A stretch of 64,000 nt of DNA from Solirubrobacteraceae bacterium. Its GTDB lineage: Bacteria > Actinomycetota > Thermoleophilia > Solirubrobacterales > Solirubrobacteraceae. How positions within the stretch are numbered: position 1 is the stretch's first letter; every line of letters begins with the position of its first letter. This document shows, piece after piece, positions 1 to 10,357 of this stretch. The stretch spans positions 12,102-76,101 of the forward strand of contig DATAWL010000057.1 of NCBI GenBank assembly GCA_036267215.1. The letters run 5' to 3'. The notes under the pieces were generated by a model. It had not been told where the DNA came from, did not search any database, and saw nothing but the letters and a program-made list of their open reading frames with translations. The position numbers were made by a program, and so were the translations under genes.

Positions 1-190
1 TGTCCAACGATTTCTGCAGTGCCAGACAAGCCCCCGGGGAATCACCAGGGGTAGCATGCGCGGCCTCGTCGTCGCCGGAGCGGCCCTGCCAATCCCTCTC
101 TCGCCTTGCCGCGAACCACATCAGGCAGGGTCACTCCGGCGGTCGCGAGGAATCAATCGGACAAATTCCCCTGACAGGAGCGCCCTCACC

Positions 191-985
191 GTGGAAGTGT
201 TGCTGACGAGAGGCTTGCGGCCTCTCCCCAAATACGATCTCGGAAATCCATGGGCGGACTTCCGCATGCCATCCTCGACTGCCCTCTCCGGGCGTACGGT
301 CTCAATCACCCTCGACGACGGCACGGAGATCGAGTACAGCTTCGATGCCGACACCGTGACATCCCGACCCGAGGGGCAGGACGCGGGCGCCCCCGCGACC
401 TACGATGCCGTTGAGCTCCGTCCGGACATCTACTTCGTGCAGATTCCCGGCGCGGACCTCGACTCGACGACATCGCTCGCCCTGAACCTCGGGGCGGATT
501 CCGGCGTGATGGTGACCAACACGCTGGTGTACGGCGACGACCGCACCGACCTGCGCCAGGTCGTCTGGCCCTTCGTCGTCACCGGATCGCACGGCGTGCT
601 GCCCGAGATCTCCGACGAGTTGGTGGGCAAGCGGGCCTACGCGGAGTACGCCGACGGGCACACCGCCGAGCACATCTACGTCAACCCTCGCCGATTCGGC
701 TGGCAGGGGTTGGGGAAGTTCGAGTACTCGGGCTCCGAGCTCGACGACTCCACAACCTGGAAGCTCGCCGAGGATCTCTACCTCTTGACCTGGGTCGAGG
801 AGTGGCAGGCCGTGGCGGCCGTCCTACTCATGGACTTCGATCAACTGCGCAACGTCGGCGTCCTGTTTGGCCGCGACGACAACGGCAAGGTCCATACGCT
901 GTGCGGCGCGCGACTGGCCAAACTCGGAGCGGTGTCCTACCCCGCCGGATACGAGCCTCCGTACACTCGGCCGTCCGAGTCCTGA
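191..985 (+). CDS. MoaF-family two-domain beta-barrel protein, paralog 1 (264 aa)
   Basis: GTG at 191 with AGGAG RBS at 176-180 gives the same length as paralog 2. Motifs YDAVELRPDIYFV, LVGKRAYAEYADGH and KLAEDLYLLTWVEE are typical of MoaF N/C domains. Confidence 0.75.
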   Translation: MEVLLTRGLRPLPKYDLGNPWADFRMPSSTALSGRTVSITLDDGTEIEYSFDADTVTSRPEGQDAGAPATYDAVELRPDIYFVQIPGADLDSTTSLALNLGADSGVMVTNTLVYGDDRTDLRQVVWPFVVTGSHGVLPEISDELVGKRAYAEYADGHTAEHIYVNPRRFGWQGLGKFEYSGSELDDSTTWKLAEDLYLLTWVEEWQAVAAVLLMDFDQLRNVGVLFGRDDNGKVHTLCGARLAKLGAVSYPAGYEPPYTRPSES

Positions 986-1250
986 CAGCCGAATGCGATT
1001 CGCATCGCCACCCGGGCGCCCGCCGCAGCGCCGGACCGCTGCGCGCGTACGGGGCTCAGCCGCGGTTTGGGGCTCCCCGACCGGCGCCGCACCTCCGCGG
1101 GACCCACCCCGCATAAGTACCAACCTACCCGGAGAATACGCCTCGACACCCTCGCGGTCGGGAAGTATCTTCTCGCGCTCGTAGCTGCCGCCGCCGTCTA
1201 GCTACGACCGGCTCGTGATCATTTGCCTGTTCCGCTGAAGGGGAGGACGT

Positions 1251-2045
1251 ATGGAGACACTACAGACGAGGGGCATCCGCCCCTCGCGGCCCTATAACCT
1301 GCGGAGCCCCTGGGGGAACAATCGCATTCCGTCAACCGAGGCGCTCACCGGCCGGGAGATCGCCCTCGAGCGTGATGACGGCGCCACCGTCACACTCGCG
1401 TTCACCAGTGACACGGTGACCTGGCGAGACGGCGCAGACGAGCCCGAGCAACAGGCCGCCTACGATGCCGTCGCAGCCCGTGACGGCGTCTACTTCATCG
1501 ACTTCCTCCATGCAAATAGCGACCTTTTGACCTCGATCATTCTCAATGAGCGGACAAACGGCGCCGTGCTGATCCGGCACACGATCGTCCGCGATGATGG
1601 ACGGGCGGACCTTCAGCAGGATCTCTATCCCTGCCTCGTCGCCGGCACCGACGGCGAGCCACCCACCCTCTCAGGTGATCTCGTCGGCAAGCGTGCCTAT
1701 GCGGAGTACGCCGATGGGCACGCTGTCGAGCACGTCTACTTCAATCCACGACGGATCGTGTGGCAGGGGCTTGGCCGCTTCGACTACTCGGGCTCGGAAT
1801 GTGACCACGCCACTATGTGGAAGATCGACGATCAGCTCTACCTGCTGACCTGGGTCGAGGAGTGGCAGGCCGTGGGCGCCGCACTGTTGCTCGACTACAG
1901 CGCCCTACGCAACGTCGGGGTCCTCTACGGGCTCGACGACAGCGGATTCGTGCACACCCTCTGTGGCGCCCGCCTTCAGCTGCTGGCCGACCTGAGCTAT
2001 CCCCCGGGATACCTGCCGGGCGGCATGAACGGCGAGGCGATATGA
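1251..2045 (+). CDS. MoaF-family protein, paralog 2 (264 aa)
   Basis: GGAGG RBS. Collinear with paralog 1 (LVGKRAYAEYADGH, LYLLTWVEEWQAV, VHTLCGARL). Confidence 0.8.
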   Translation: METLQTRGIRPSRPYNLRSPWGNNRIPSTEALTGREIALERDDGATVTLAFTSDTVTWRDGADEPEQQAAYDAVAARDGVYFIDFLHANSDLLTSIILNERTNGAVLIRHTIVRDDGRADLQQDLYPCLVAGTDGEPPTLSGDLVGKRAYAEYADGHAVEHVYFNPRRIVWQGLGRFDYSGSECDHATMWKIDDQLYLLTWVEEWQAVGAALLLDYSALRNVGVLYGLDDSGFVHTLCGARLQLLADLSYPPGYLPGGMNGEAI

Positions 2046-3907
2046 GGTCCACCATGTTCCAGCGACTCTCCATCACTCCCCGCCAGCTGCGTCGCTTCCT
2101 GGTCGGCGTCATCGTCGCCACCGCCCTTGCCGGCCTCGCCGGCTGTGGCTCCTCGAGCCAGAGCAGCACCAACCACACCGTGAGCATGGGCCTCCAGGCC
2201 GGAGAGCCCATCAATTATATCTTTCCGTTCATGACATCTCAGTATGTCAACCAGTCGAACATCTACCCGTTCCAGTACCAGATGTACCGGCCGCTGTACT
2301 GGTGGGACGGGAGCCCGTACCAACTGAACGCCGCCAGATCGCTGGCATCGCCGCCCGTGTTCAGCGACGGCAACAGCCAGGTTGCAATCAAGCTGAAGCC
2401 CAACTGGCAGTTCTCTAATGGCGAGCACATCGGCCCGGCGAACGTCGCGTTTTTCCTCAACATGCTCGTCGCGGAGCGCACGAAATTCTGGATGTACCTG
2501 CCCGGCGCTTTCCCGGACACGCTCGCCTCGATCAGTTACGACAACGCGGCCGACACCATCACGCTGCACCTGAAACACAGTGTCAACCCGACCTGGTTCC
2601 TCGAGAACCAGCTGACGATGATCACGCCGTTCCCGACGGCGTGGGATCTCAGCGGCCCGAACGCGAAGGCCGACTGCGCGTCGGAGAACGCGGCGGTCGC
2701 CGCCAAGTCGTGCCCGGCGGTCTACAAGTATCTGAGCAGCCAGGCGGCCAACACAGGTTCCTATGCGACCAACTCGCTGTGGCAGATCGTCGACGGACCG
2801 TTCCGCCTGAGCAAGTTCACCCAGGGCGGGACCTCCGCGACGCTCGTCCCCAACAAGTCCTATTCCGGCACGCCGAAACCGAGCATCTCCCAGCTCGTGC
2901 TGGACGTGGCGACCTCGGATGCCGCGGAGTTCAGCCTGCTGGAGTCGCACGCTCTCACCATCGGATACGTGCCGTTCGCGTCGGCCCCCACCAAGCCGGC
3001 CAGCGCCTCCACCCCATCGACCAACCCCGTCTCGGGCTACACGTTCGAGCCGGTGACGCCGACGTGGTCCTACAACGATCTGTTCTGGAACTACAACAAC
3101 CCGCAGCTGGGACCGCTGCTGCACCAGCAGTACTTCCGCCAGGCGATGCAGTCCCTCGTCGATCAGCAAGGCGACATCGAGGCCGCCCTGCGCGGGTACG
3201 GCTACCCGGACTTCGGACCCAATCCGCCGCAGCCCGACAACCCGTTCGAAACCGCCTACGAGAAGAGCAGCCCCTTCCCGTTCAGCGTGGCCCGGGCCAA
3301 GGCCTCCCTCACTCAGAACGGCTGGAGCGTCCCGGCGAGCGGTACGGCGACGTGCGTCCGAGCCGGAGCGGGATCCGGCGAATGCGGCGCCGGAATCAGC
3401 CAGGGTGCGAAGATGCCGAGCATCAAGCTCCAGTACAACACCGGCAGCCAGGCCTGGGCGCTTGAGATGACGAGCCTGCAGTCGGCGGCCTCCCAGGTCG
3501 GGATCCAGATCACCCCGGTGGCGACGCCGGAGTCCAATATGGCTCAATACTTCGCCGGGTGCGCGCCCAAGCAGGCGACGTGCGCGTGGCAGATGATGTA
3601 CCTGGGCACGCCGGAGACCGACACCGGCACCTTCTTCCCGGAGACCGGGGTCGTGTTCCGCACGCATGCGATCTTCAACGTGTCCAACTACACCAACCCC
3701 TATGTCGAGTCGCTGTTCGACAAGGTCTACAGCCAACCGGGAGACGACGCGCTCAACACCCTCGACGACTACCTCACGCATACCGCGGCGCTGCTGTGGG
3801 CACCGGTGCCCGTCGCGCCGTTGTATGAGGTTTCCCAGAATCTCAAGGGGTACACGCCGAGTCCGATCTACGTGCTGGAGCCCGAGAACTGGACGTTCTC
3901 CAACTAG
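2042..3907 (+). CDS. ABC transporter substrate-binding lipoprotein, family 5 (Opp/Dpp-like)
   Basis: ATGA overlap with upstream stop, lipobox LAGC, VDGPFRL and FRQAMQSLVD motifs. Confidence 0.9.
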   Translation: MRSTMFQRLSITPRQLRRFLVGVIVATALAGLAGCGSSSQSSTNHTVSMGLQAGEPINYIFPFMTSQYVNQSNIYPFQYQMYRPLYWWDGSPYQLNAARSLASPPVFSDGNSQVAIKLKPNWQFSNGEHIGPANVAFFLNMLVAERTKFWMYLPGAFPDTLASISYDNAADTITLHLKHSVNPTWFLENQLTMITPFPTAWDLSGPNAKADCASENAAVAAKSCPAVYKYLSSQAANTGSYATNSLWQIVDGPFRLSKFTQGGTSATLVPNKSYSGTPKPSISQLVLDVATSDAAEFSLLESHALTIGYVPFASAPTKPASASTPSTNPVSGYTFEPVTPTWSYNDLFWNYNNPQLGPLLHQQYFRQAMQSLVDQQGDIEAALRGYGYPDFGPNPPQPDNPFETAYEKSSPFPFSVARAKASLTQNGWSVPASGTATCVRAGAGSGECGAGISQGAKMPSIKLQYNTGSQAWALEMTSLQSAASQVGIQITPVATPESNMAQYFAGCAPKQATCAWQMMYLGTPETDTGTFFPETGVVFRTHAIFNVSNYTNPYVESLFDKVYSQPGDDALNTLDDYLTHTAALLWAPVPVAPLYEVSQNLKGYTPSPIYVLEPENWTFSN

Positions 3908-3917
3908 GAGTGCGCCG

Positions 3918-4877
3918 GTGATCGCCTACATCGGACGTCGCTGCCTCCAGGGGCTGCTCGTCGTCCTGATGGTGACCGTGATTGTGTTCGGACTGTTGCA
4001 CGCGCTGCCGGGCGGACCGGCTCGAGCGGTACTCGGTGAGAAGGCCAATCCCACCGAGATCGCCGCCTTCAGCCGAGCCAACGATCTCGACAAGCCGCTG
4101 CCCGTCCAGTACGTGCTGTGGCTGGGGAAGATCGTGCGAGGCAACCTCGGCTACTCGTACACGCAGAACCAGAGTGTGATCTCCCTGATCGGCCAGCGCC
4201 TCCCGAAGACGCTGGTCCTGACGACCCTATCGTTGCTCGTCGCGCTGGTGCTCGGCATACCGCTGGGCATGCTGCAGGCGGCTCGCCGTGGCGGGCCCGG
4301 CGATCGCTTCGTGACGATCGCCAGTCTGGCGGCGTACTCAGTGCCCGTCTTCTTGGTCGGGATTCTCAGCGTCTGGCTGTTCGCGGTGCGCTGGCGTCTG
4401 CTCCCGGCGCAGGCCCCGCAGGGGACATCGGTCATCGAGATCCTCAGCGATCCGCAGGGCCTCATTCTTCCGGTCCTGTCGCTCGGACTCGGCTCGGTCG
4501 CCGTTTTTAGCCGCTACATGCGATCGTCGACGCTCGAAAACCTCGTCCAGGATTACGTCCGCTTCGCGCGCGCCAAGGGAGCCAGCAGCTCGCGCGTCCT
4601 GATGCGCCACGTGGCCCGGAACGCGCTGGGCCCGATCGCGACGCAACTCGGGCTGTTCTTTCCGGTGCTGCTGGCCGGCACCGTGATCACCGAGACCGTG
4701 TTCAACTACCCAGGCATGGGGCTGCTGTTTTGGAACGCTGCCACAGCGCGCGACTATCCGATCGAGCTCGGCGTTGTTCTCGTCGTCGCGGTCGCCACCG
4801 TCGTCGGCTCGCTGCTGGCCGACGTGACGTACGCCGTACTCGATCCGCGAATCCGCTATGGCAGTGGTCGGACGTAG
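3918..4877 (+). CDS. ABC permease (OppB/DppB-like)
   Basis: GTG after AGGAG; DYVRFARAKG EAA loop; FNYPGMG; LDPRIR end. Confidence 0.92.
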   Translation: MIAYIGRRCLQGLLVVLMVTVIVFGLLHALPGGPARAVLGEKANPTEIAAFSRANDLDKPLPVQYVLWLGKIVRGNLGYSYTQNQSVISLIGQRLPKTLVLTTLSLLVALVLGIPLGMLQAARRGGPGDRFVTIASLAAYSVPVFLVGILSVWLFAVRWRLLPAQAPQGTSVIEILSDPQGLILPVLSLGLGSVAVFSRYMRSSTLENLVQDYVRFARAKGASSSRVLMRHVARNALGPIATQLGLFFPVLLAGTVITETVFNYPGMGLLFWNAATARDYPIELGVVLVVAVATVVGSLLADVTYAVLDPRIRYGSGRT

Positions 4878-5829
4878 ACCCGCCGGCCCCGAGGCCGGGA
4901 GCCCGGCAGTCGCGAGCACCGGCGCCGCAGGACCGGCGCCGGTCGACGCGGCTCTAGCGCAGATGCCCCAGCGGCCGCTGTCGCCCTTGCGCCGCCGGCT
5001 GCTCGCGCGGATGGGCCGTAACCGGATCGCTTTCGTCGGGGCCGGCGTGCTCGTCCTCATCATCCTGTTCTGCTTTATCGGCCCGCTGCTGTACCACACC
5101 GACCAGACCCACGTGGAGTTTGGCGCGGCCAACCTCTCGCCCGGCACAAAGGGGCATTCGCTCGGAACCGACCAGAGCGGCTACGACGTGCTCGGCCGGC
5201 TCATGGCTGGAGGTCAGACCTCGCTCATCGTGTGCGTCTCCTCGGCGGCACTGGCGGCCACCGTCGGAAGCCTCGTCGGCGCGATCGCCGGGTTCGCCGG
5301 CGGGGTGATCGACTCGATCATCATGCGGTTCACCGATGCTCTGCTGTCGCTCCCACAGCTGTTCGTGGTGATCGTGGTCGCCACGATGATCGTTCCGTCG
5401 CGCCTGAGCCTGATCATCCTGATCGGCGCCCTGTCGTGGTTCAGCACGGCGCGCCTCGTCCGCGGCGAGGCGCTTCGGATCCGCAACCTCGAATACGTCG
5501 ACGCCGCGCGTGTGGCCGGGGCGCGGTCGAGCAGCACGATCTTCCGCCACGTCCTGCCCAACGCCGTCGGTGTGATCGTCGTGTCGACGACGTTCCAGGT
5601 GGCGGATGCCATCCTGCTGCTGGCGTCGCTGGACTTCCTCGGGCTCGGGATCCCCCCGCCGGCAGCCAGCTGGGGGGGCATGCTCACCTCCGGTCTGGAC
5701 TACATCGCCGACGGCTACTGGTGGCTGATAGCGCCGGTCGGGGTGCTCATCGTGATCACGGTGACCGCGGTGAACTTCATCGGCGAGGGCCTGCGCGACG
5801 CGCTCGAAGTCCGCCTCAGGGAGCGCTGA
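4858..5829 (+). CDS. ABC permease (OppC/DppC-like)
   Basis: LGTDQSGYD, EYVDAARVAGA, HVLPN, LGLGIPPPAASWG. Confidence 0.92.
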   Translation: MAVVGRRPAGPEAGSPAVASTGAAGPAPVDAALAQMPQRPLSPLRRRLLARMGRNRIAFVGAGVLVLIILFCFIGPLLYHTDQTHVEFGAANLSPGTKGHSLGTDQSGYDVLGRLMAGGQTSLIVCVSSAALAATVGSLVGAIAGFAGGVIDSIIMRFTDALLSLPQLFVVIVVATMIVPSRLSLIILIGALSWFSTARLVRGEALRIRNLEYVDAARVAGARSSSTIFRHVLPNAVGVIVVSTTFQVADAILLLASLDFLGLGIPPPAASWGGMLTSGLDYIADGYWWLIAPVGVLIVITVTAVNFIGEGLRDALEVRLRER

Positions 5830-5834
5830 GCCCG

Positions 5835-7883
5835 GTGGACGAACTGCTCCGGATCGACGGCTTGCAGACTCACATCAAGACGAGCCGCGCGACGGTCGTG
5901 GCCGTCGACGACGTGTCGCTCACCGTCGCCGCGGGTCAGACGGTCGGCATCGTCGGCGAATCGGGGTGCGGGAAATCGATGACGGGTCTGTCGATCATGC
6001 GGCTGCTGCCGCCGGGGGGCAGGATCGTAGGCGGCGCGATCGCGCTGGGTGGCCGCGATCTGACCAAGCTGTCCGAACGAGAGATGCAGTCCGTGCGCGG
6101 CCGGGACGTCGCGATGATCTTCCAGGATCCGATGACCTCACTGAACCCGACTATGACGGTCGGCGATCAGGTTGCCGAGACGCTCCTGATCCATCGTCAA
6201 ACCCCACGCAAAGAGGCCGAAGAGCGAGCCGCGGAGATGCTCAACCTGGTCGGCGTTCCCCGGCCGCGTGAACGTCTGAAGTCTTATCCACATCACCTAT
6301 CAGGGGGCCTGCGCCAGCGCGTCGTGATCGCCACCGCCCTGGCCTGCGAGCCGAAGCTGCTCGTCGCCGACGAACCGACCACCGCGCTCGACGTCACCAT
6401 CCAGAACCAGATCCTCGCGCTCCTCGAGGATCTGAAGAGCCGTCTGAACATGGGCCTGATCCTCATCTCCCACGACATGGGGGTGATCGCCGAGTGCGCC
6501 GATCAGGTCCTGGTCATGTACGCCGGACAGGTCATCGAAGTCTCCGATGCCTCCGGCCTGTTCAGCGCCATGCGCCATCCGTACACCCAGGCGCTGCTCG
6601 AATCGATCCCGGACCTCGGCACTGACCGCAACCAGGTGCTCTACAGCATCCCGGGACAGCCGCCCGACCTGTCGGCCCCCGCCGAGCACTGCCGATTCGC
6701 GCCGCGCTGCCGTCACGCCCAGCCGCGATGCCATCGCGAACGGCCCGACCTGACCGACGACGACGGTCACCTTTACGCTTGCTTCTACCCGATCGAGGGG
6801 CCGGTGCCCGCGGCGCATCGGCTGCCGGGTGACGCCGCCGCCACACCGGGCGCGGCCGGCGCCGCGCCCGCCGCGGGCCGGGAGCCGCTGCTCGTTCTCG
6901 ACCACGTGACGCGGGAGTTCCCGATCAGGCGCGGCGTGCTCCAGCGGTCATCCGGGTCGGTCAAGGCCGTATCCGATGTGAGCCTGAGCGTCGAGCGCGG
7001 CGAGACCCTCGGTCTCGTCGGAGAGTCGGGCTGTGGGAAGAGCACGCTGGCCCGGCTCATCCTGGCGCTCGACCGGCCCGACAGTGGCAGCATCCAGTTC
7101 GCCGGCGAGGACCTGTCCCGCCTGCGCGGACAGCAACTCCGGCGCCGCCGCGGCGATCTGCAGATGGTCTTCCAGGATCCCTATGCGTCGCTCGATCCCC
7201 GTCTCCGCGTCGCGCCGATCGTGCGCGAGCCACTCGCGTCCCAGGGCACCGGCACGCGCCGCAGCCAGAACGACCGCATTCAGGCGCTCCTGGCCGAGGT
7301 CGGCCTGCCCGCTCAGGTGATGGATTACTACCCCCACCAGTTCTCGGGAGGGCAGCGTCAGCGCATCGCCCTGGCGCGCGCGCTATCGGTCGAGCCCCGG
7401 CTCGTCGTCGCCGACGAGCCCACCTCGGCACTCGACGTCTCGATTCAGTCACAGGTCCTCAATCTCATGCGCCGGCTGCAGCGCGAGCACGACCTCACCT
7501 ACGTCGTGATCTCCCATGATCTGGCCGCGGTGCGCTATCTCGCCGATCGCGTCGGGGTCATGTATCTCGGCAAACTCGTCGAAGTGGGCCCCGCAGACGC
7601 GATCTACCAGCGACCGGCGCATCCCTACACCGCCGGCCTGCTCGCCGCCGTCCCCGCGGTGCAAGTAGGATCGCGCCGCGAAGGGCCGCGGGTGACGCTG
7701 CGCGGGGAGCTCCCGTCCGCGGTGGATCCTCCATCGGGCTGCCGCTTCCGGACGCGATGCCCGCGGGCCCAGGAGCTCTGCTCCCAGCAGGAGCCGCTCC
7801 TGGTCGCCCACGATCCCGCCGGGCACCGGGCGGCATGCCACTTCCCGCTGCAGTCACCGGCATCGGAACCGGTTCCAGCATGA
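5835..7883 (+). CDS. Fused double ABC ATPase (OppD-OppF fusion)
   Basis: Two GESGCGKS Walker A motifs, LSGG/FSGG signatures, DEPT, and two CRF..RC/C-H(F) C-terminal oligopeptide-transporter motifs. Start inferred at GTG 5835. Confidence 0.9.
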   Translation: MDELLRIDGLQTHIKTSRATVVAVDDVSLTVAAGQTVGIVGESGCGKSMTGLSIMRLLPPGGRIVGGAIALGGRDLTKLSEREMQSVRGRDVAMIFQDPMTSLNPTMTVGDQVAETLLIHRQTPRKEAEERAAEMLNLVGVPRPRERLKSYPHHLSGGLRQRVVIATALACEPKLLVADEPTTALDVTIQNQILALLEDLKSRLNMGLILISHDMGVIAECADQVLVMYAGQVIEVSDASGLFSAMRHPYTQALLESIPDLGTDRNQVLYSIPGQPPDLSAPAEHCRFAPRCRHAQPRCHRERPDLTDDDGHLYACFYPIEGPVPAAHRLPGDAAATPGAAGAAPAAGREPLLVLDHVTREFPIRRGVLQRSSGSVKAVSDVSLSVERGETLGLVGESGCGKSTLARLILALDRPDSGSIQFAGEDLSRLRGQQLRRRRGDLQMVFQDPYASLDPRLRVAPIVREPLASQGTGTRRSQNDRIQALLAEVGLPAQVMDYYPHQFSGGQRQRIALARALSVEPRLVVADEPTSALDVSIQSQVLNLMRRLQREHDLTYVVISHDLAAVRYLADRVGVMYLGKLVEVGPADAIYQRPAHPYTAGLLAAVPAVQVGSRREGPRVTLRGELPSAVDPPSGCRFRTRCPRAQELCSQQEPLLVAHDPAGHRAACHFPLQSPASEPVPA

Positions 7884-8824
7884 CGCGTTCGTCACAGCAT
7901 GCGATGGCGACCAGCCCACCGATCGCGGACTTCACCATCCCGCCGGCTCAGCACCTCGCCGGGATGGGCGCGAACACGATCGCCCACTGCGGCCTGCCGG
8001 AGCCCGGGTGGGCCCATCGCCACACCTTCTACATGATCGTGTACATCGCCCGCGGCCGCGGCGAGCACGTAATCGACTGCAAGCGCTACCCCCTGCGGCC
8101 GGCGAGCCTGTACTTCGTGCGCCCCGACCAGGTCCACGCCTGGGTCTACCAGACGCTCCCGGTCGGGTACACGCTCTCGCTCTCTGAGCAGGTTCTCAGG
8201 GCGAAGACACAGCCCGACAGCGGCGTCCACAACCTCGGTCTGTTCGAGGATCTGGCCGACGCCGGGCAGTTGGAGCTGTCCCCCGGTCAGGCTCGCTCGA
8301 TCCGATCGGTGTTCGAGGAGATCGTGAGCGAGTACGAGGACGGCCGGACGGGCTATTCCTCGGTGATGCACGCCTATCTCCACGTGCTGCTGACGCGCGC
8401 GCACCGAGTGCTGGGTGACCGGGGGCCCGACATGCGCGAGCTGTGCTCGTCGCGACCCCTGGCGAGACGCTTCACGGACCTGGTGACGCGCTCCGGAGGC
8501 CGGACGCAACGGGTCCACGAGTACAGCGAGCGTCTCGGCGTCACGCCGAGCCACCTCGCCGAGTCGGTCCGCGAGGTGACCGGTCGGACCCCGGGCCAGA
8601 TCATCCGTTCGGCGCAGATCGCGGAAGCGAGCCGGCTGCTCCGCTACACCGACAAGACGATTGGCGAAATCGCCTACGACCTCGGGTTCAAGGACGCCGC
8701 CTACTTCGGCCGCTTCTTCAAGCGAGAGATGGGGATGACCCCGGGCGAGTTCCGCCGCGAGATGTTGACGATCACCTTGGGAGCGGTGCACACCGCGGAA
8801 GCGGCGCCGGCGCTCGCCAAGTGA
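7880..8824 (+). CDS. AraC-family transcriptional regulator with cupin sensor domain
   Basis: HRHTFYMIVY...QVH cupin motif; EIAYDLGFKDAAYFGRFFKREMGMTPGEFR HTH; ATGA overlap. Confidence 0.9.
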   Translation: MTRSSQHAMATSPPIADFTIPPAQHLAGMGANTIAHCGLPEPGWAHRHTFYMIVYIARGRGEHVIDCKRYPLRPASLYFVRPDQVHAWVYQTLPVGYTLSLSEQVLRAKTQPDSGVHNLGLFEDLADAGQLELSPGQARSIRSVFEEIVSEYEDGRTGYSSVMHAYLHVLLTRAHRVLGDRGPDMRELCSSRPLARRFTDLVTRSGGRTQRVHEYSERLGVTPSHLAESVREVTGRTPGQIIRSAQIAEASRLLRYTDKTIGEIAYDLGFKDAAYFGRFFKREMGMTPGEFRREMLTITLGAVHTAEAAPALAK

Positions 8825-8892
8825 CCCCCGAGGCGGCGACGCCCGTCGCCAACCGCTGTTGACCAAACCGATCCAGGATGGAGGTCTGCCTG

Positions 8893-9360
8893 ATGGCCAG
8901 CCAGTACGAGAAGTACATCGTTCGCCGCCCGATCCACGAGGCGCCGCCGAACGAACTGCGCGTTCCCGGTGGCAACCCGGGTGTGACCCGCTCGGAGACA
9001 TGGATGAGCTCGGTTCAGGCGCCCGGGGCGCCGCTGCACATCATGTGGGGGATCATCCACGCCGTCCCGGCCAACAACCCCTACGTTGCCGCGCACGACC
9101 ATCCGTACGACGAGGTCCTGTTCTTCCAGGGGTTCAACCCCGGCGACACGCTCGATCTCGGTGCGCGCTTCGAGCTGATGCTCGAGGACGAGCCCAGCAT
9201 CATCGACACCACATGCTCGATCTACATCCCGGCCGGGATGAAGCACAACCCGCTGACGGTGCTGAGCGTCGATCGACCGTGCGGCCTGGCCGCCATCTCG
9301 CTCGACGGGCTCTACCGGACGGAGGGGTATGTGACGGCGGCGGACGCGACGCCCGTCTAG
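8893..9360 (+). CDS. Uncharacterised cupin-like protein
   Basis: GGAGG RBS; HDHPYDE and YIPAGMKHNP form the two cupin metal motifs. Confidence 0.7.
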   Translation: MASQYEKYIVRRPIHEAPPNELRVPGGNPGVTRSETWMSSVQAPGAPLHIMWGIIHAVPANNPYVAAHDHPYDEVLFFQGFNPGDTLDLGARFELMLEDEPSIIDTTCSIYIPAGMKHNPLTVLSVDRPCGLAAISLDGLYRTEGYVTAADATPV

Positions 9361-9474
9361 GCCGCGCCCCACCGCGCGGATCGGCAAGACACCGTGCGCG
9401 CGATGACTGGACCGGGCAGGGGAGGCGGCGGTAGCTTGACCGTCGTCTCCTGAAACAATGGAAGGGGAGCGTCT

Positions 9475-10344
9475 GTGGGCGAGATCGAGGTGATGGCCAC
9501 GTACTGGACCGTGAGCGGTCCGGTCAAGGTCCACTTTGGGCGGGAGTGGAGCACGTTCAGCTGGCCGGACCGGTGCGCGCAGGCGCAGCGCGTCGGCTTC
9601 AGCGGGCTGGGGCTGTGGCACGCCGACGTCGAGCATCAGCTGGAGACGACGACGCTGCAGGAGATGGCCAAGGTCTTTCGCGACCACGGGCTCAAGTATC
9701 TGGAGGTCGAGTTCCTCGCCGACTTCTTCGCCGAGCCGGGCACCCCTGCACGCGAGGCGTCGGACATCCAGCGCCGGCGGCTGTTCGACACCGCGGCGGC
9801 GTTCGACGCCCACCACATCAAGGTCGGCAACATCCCCGAGACCCCGTGCGAGCTCGATCGGGTCATCGAGGAATACGCGGCCCTGTGCGATGACGCCGCC
9901 CAGCACACCAACGCCCGGGTCGCCTACGAGATCATCCCGTTCGACCCCAACGTCGGCACGCTGGAGGCCGGTCTGGCGCTGGTCACCGCCGCCGACCGGC
10001 CCAACGGCGGGCTGGCGATCGATACCTGGCACATGGGCAAGCTGCGCATCCCCCCCGCGGAGCTGGCGAAGATCCCGGCCAGGCATCTCGCCTGGGTGGA
10101 GCTGTCCGACGGGCGGCAGGAGTACATGGACGACAAGCTCGACGAGGTCATCAACCACCGCGAGCTGCCCGGCGAGGGCGAATTGGACCTCGTCGGGTAC
10201 GTCGGCGCGCTGCACCAGGCCGGCTATCCGGGGCCGTGGGGCGCGGAGATCCTGTCCGAGAAGCTGCGCAACCTGCCCATCGAGCGGGAGTTCGACCGTG
10301 CATACGAGACGACGCTGGCGCAGGTGAGCGCCGGCGTCGCATGA
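9475..10344 (+). CDS. Sugar phosphate isomerase/epimerase-like (AP2/xylose isomerase-like) TIM barrel
   Basis: Metal ligands in YEIIP, IDTWH, VELSD, RELPGEG and AEILS. Confidence 0.85.
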   Translation: MGEIEVMATYWTVSGPVKVHFGREWSTFSWPDRCAQAQRVGFSGLGLWHADVEHQLETTTLQEMAKVFRDHGLKYLEVEFLADFFAEPGTPAREASDIQRRRLFDTAAAFDAHHIKVGNIPETPCELDRVIEEYAALCDDAAQHTNARVAYEIIPFDPNVGTLEAGLALVTAADRPNGGLAIDTWHMGKLRIPPAELAKIPARHLAWVELSDGRQEYMDDKLDEVINHRELPGEGELDLVGYVGALHQAGYPGPWGAEILSEKLRNLPIEREFDRAYETTLAQVSAGVA

Positions 10345-10357
10345 GAGAGGAACGACG

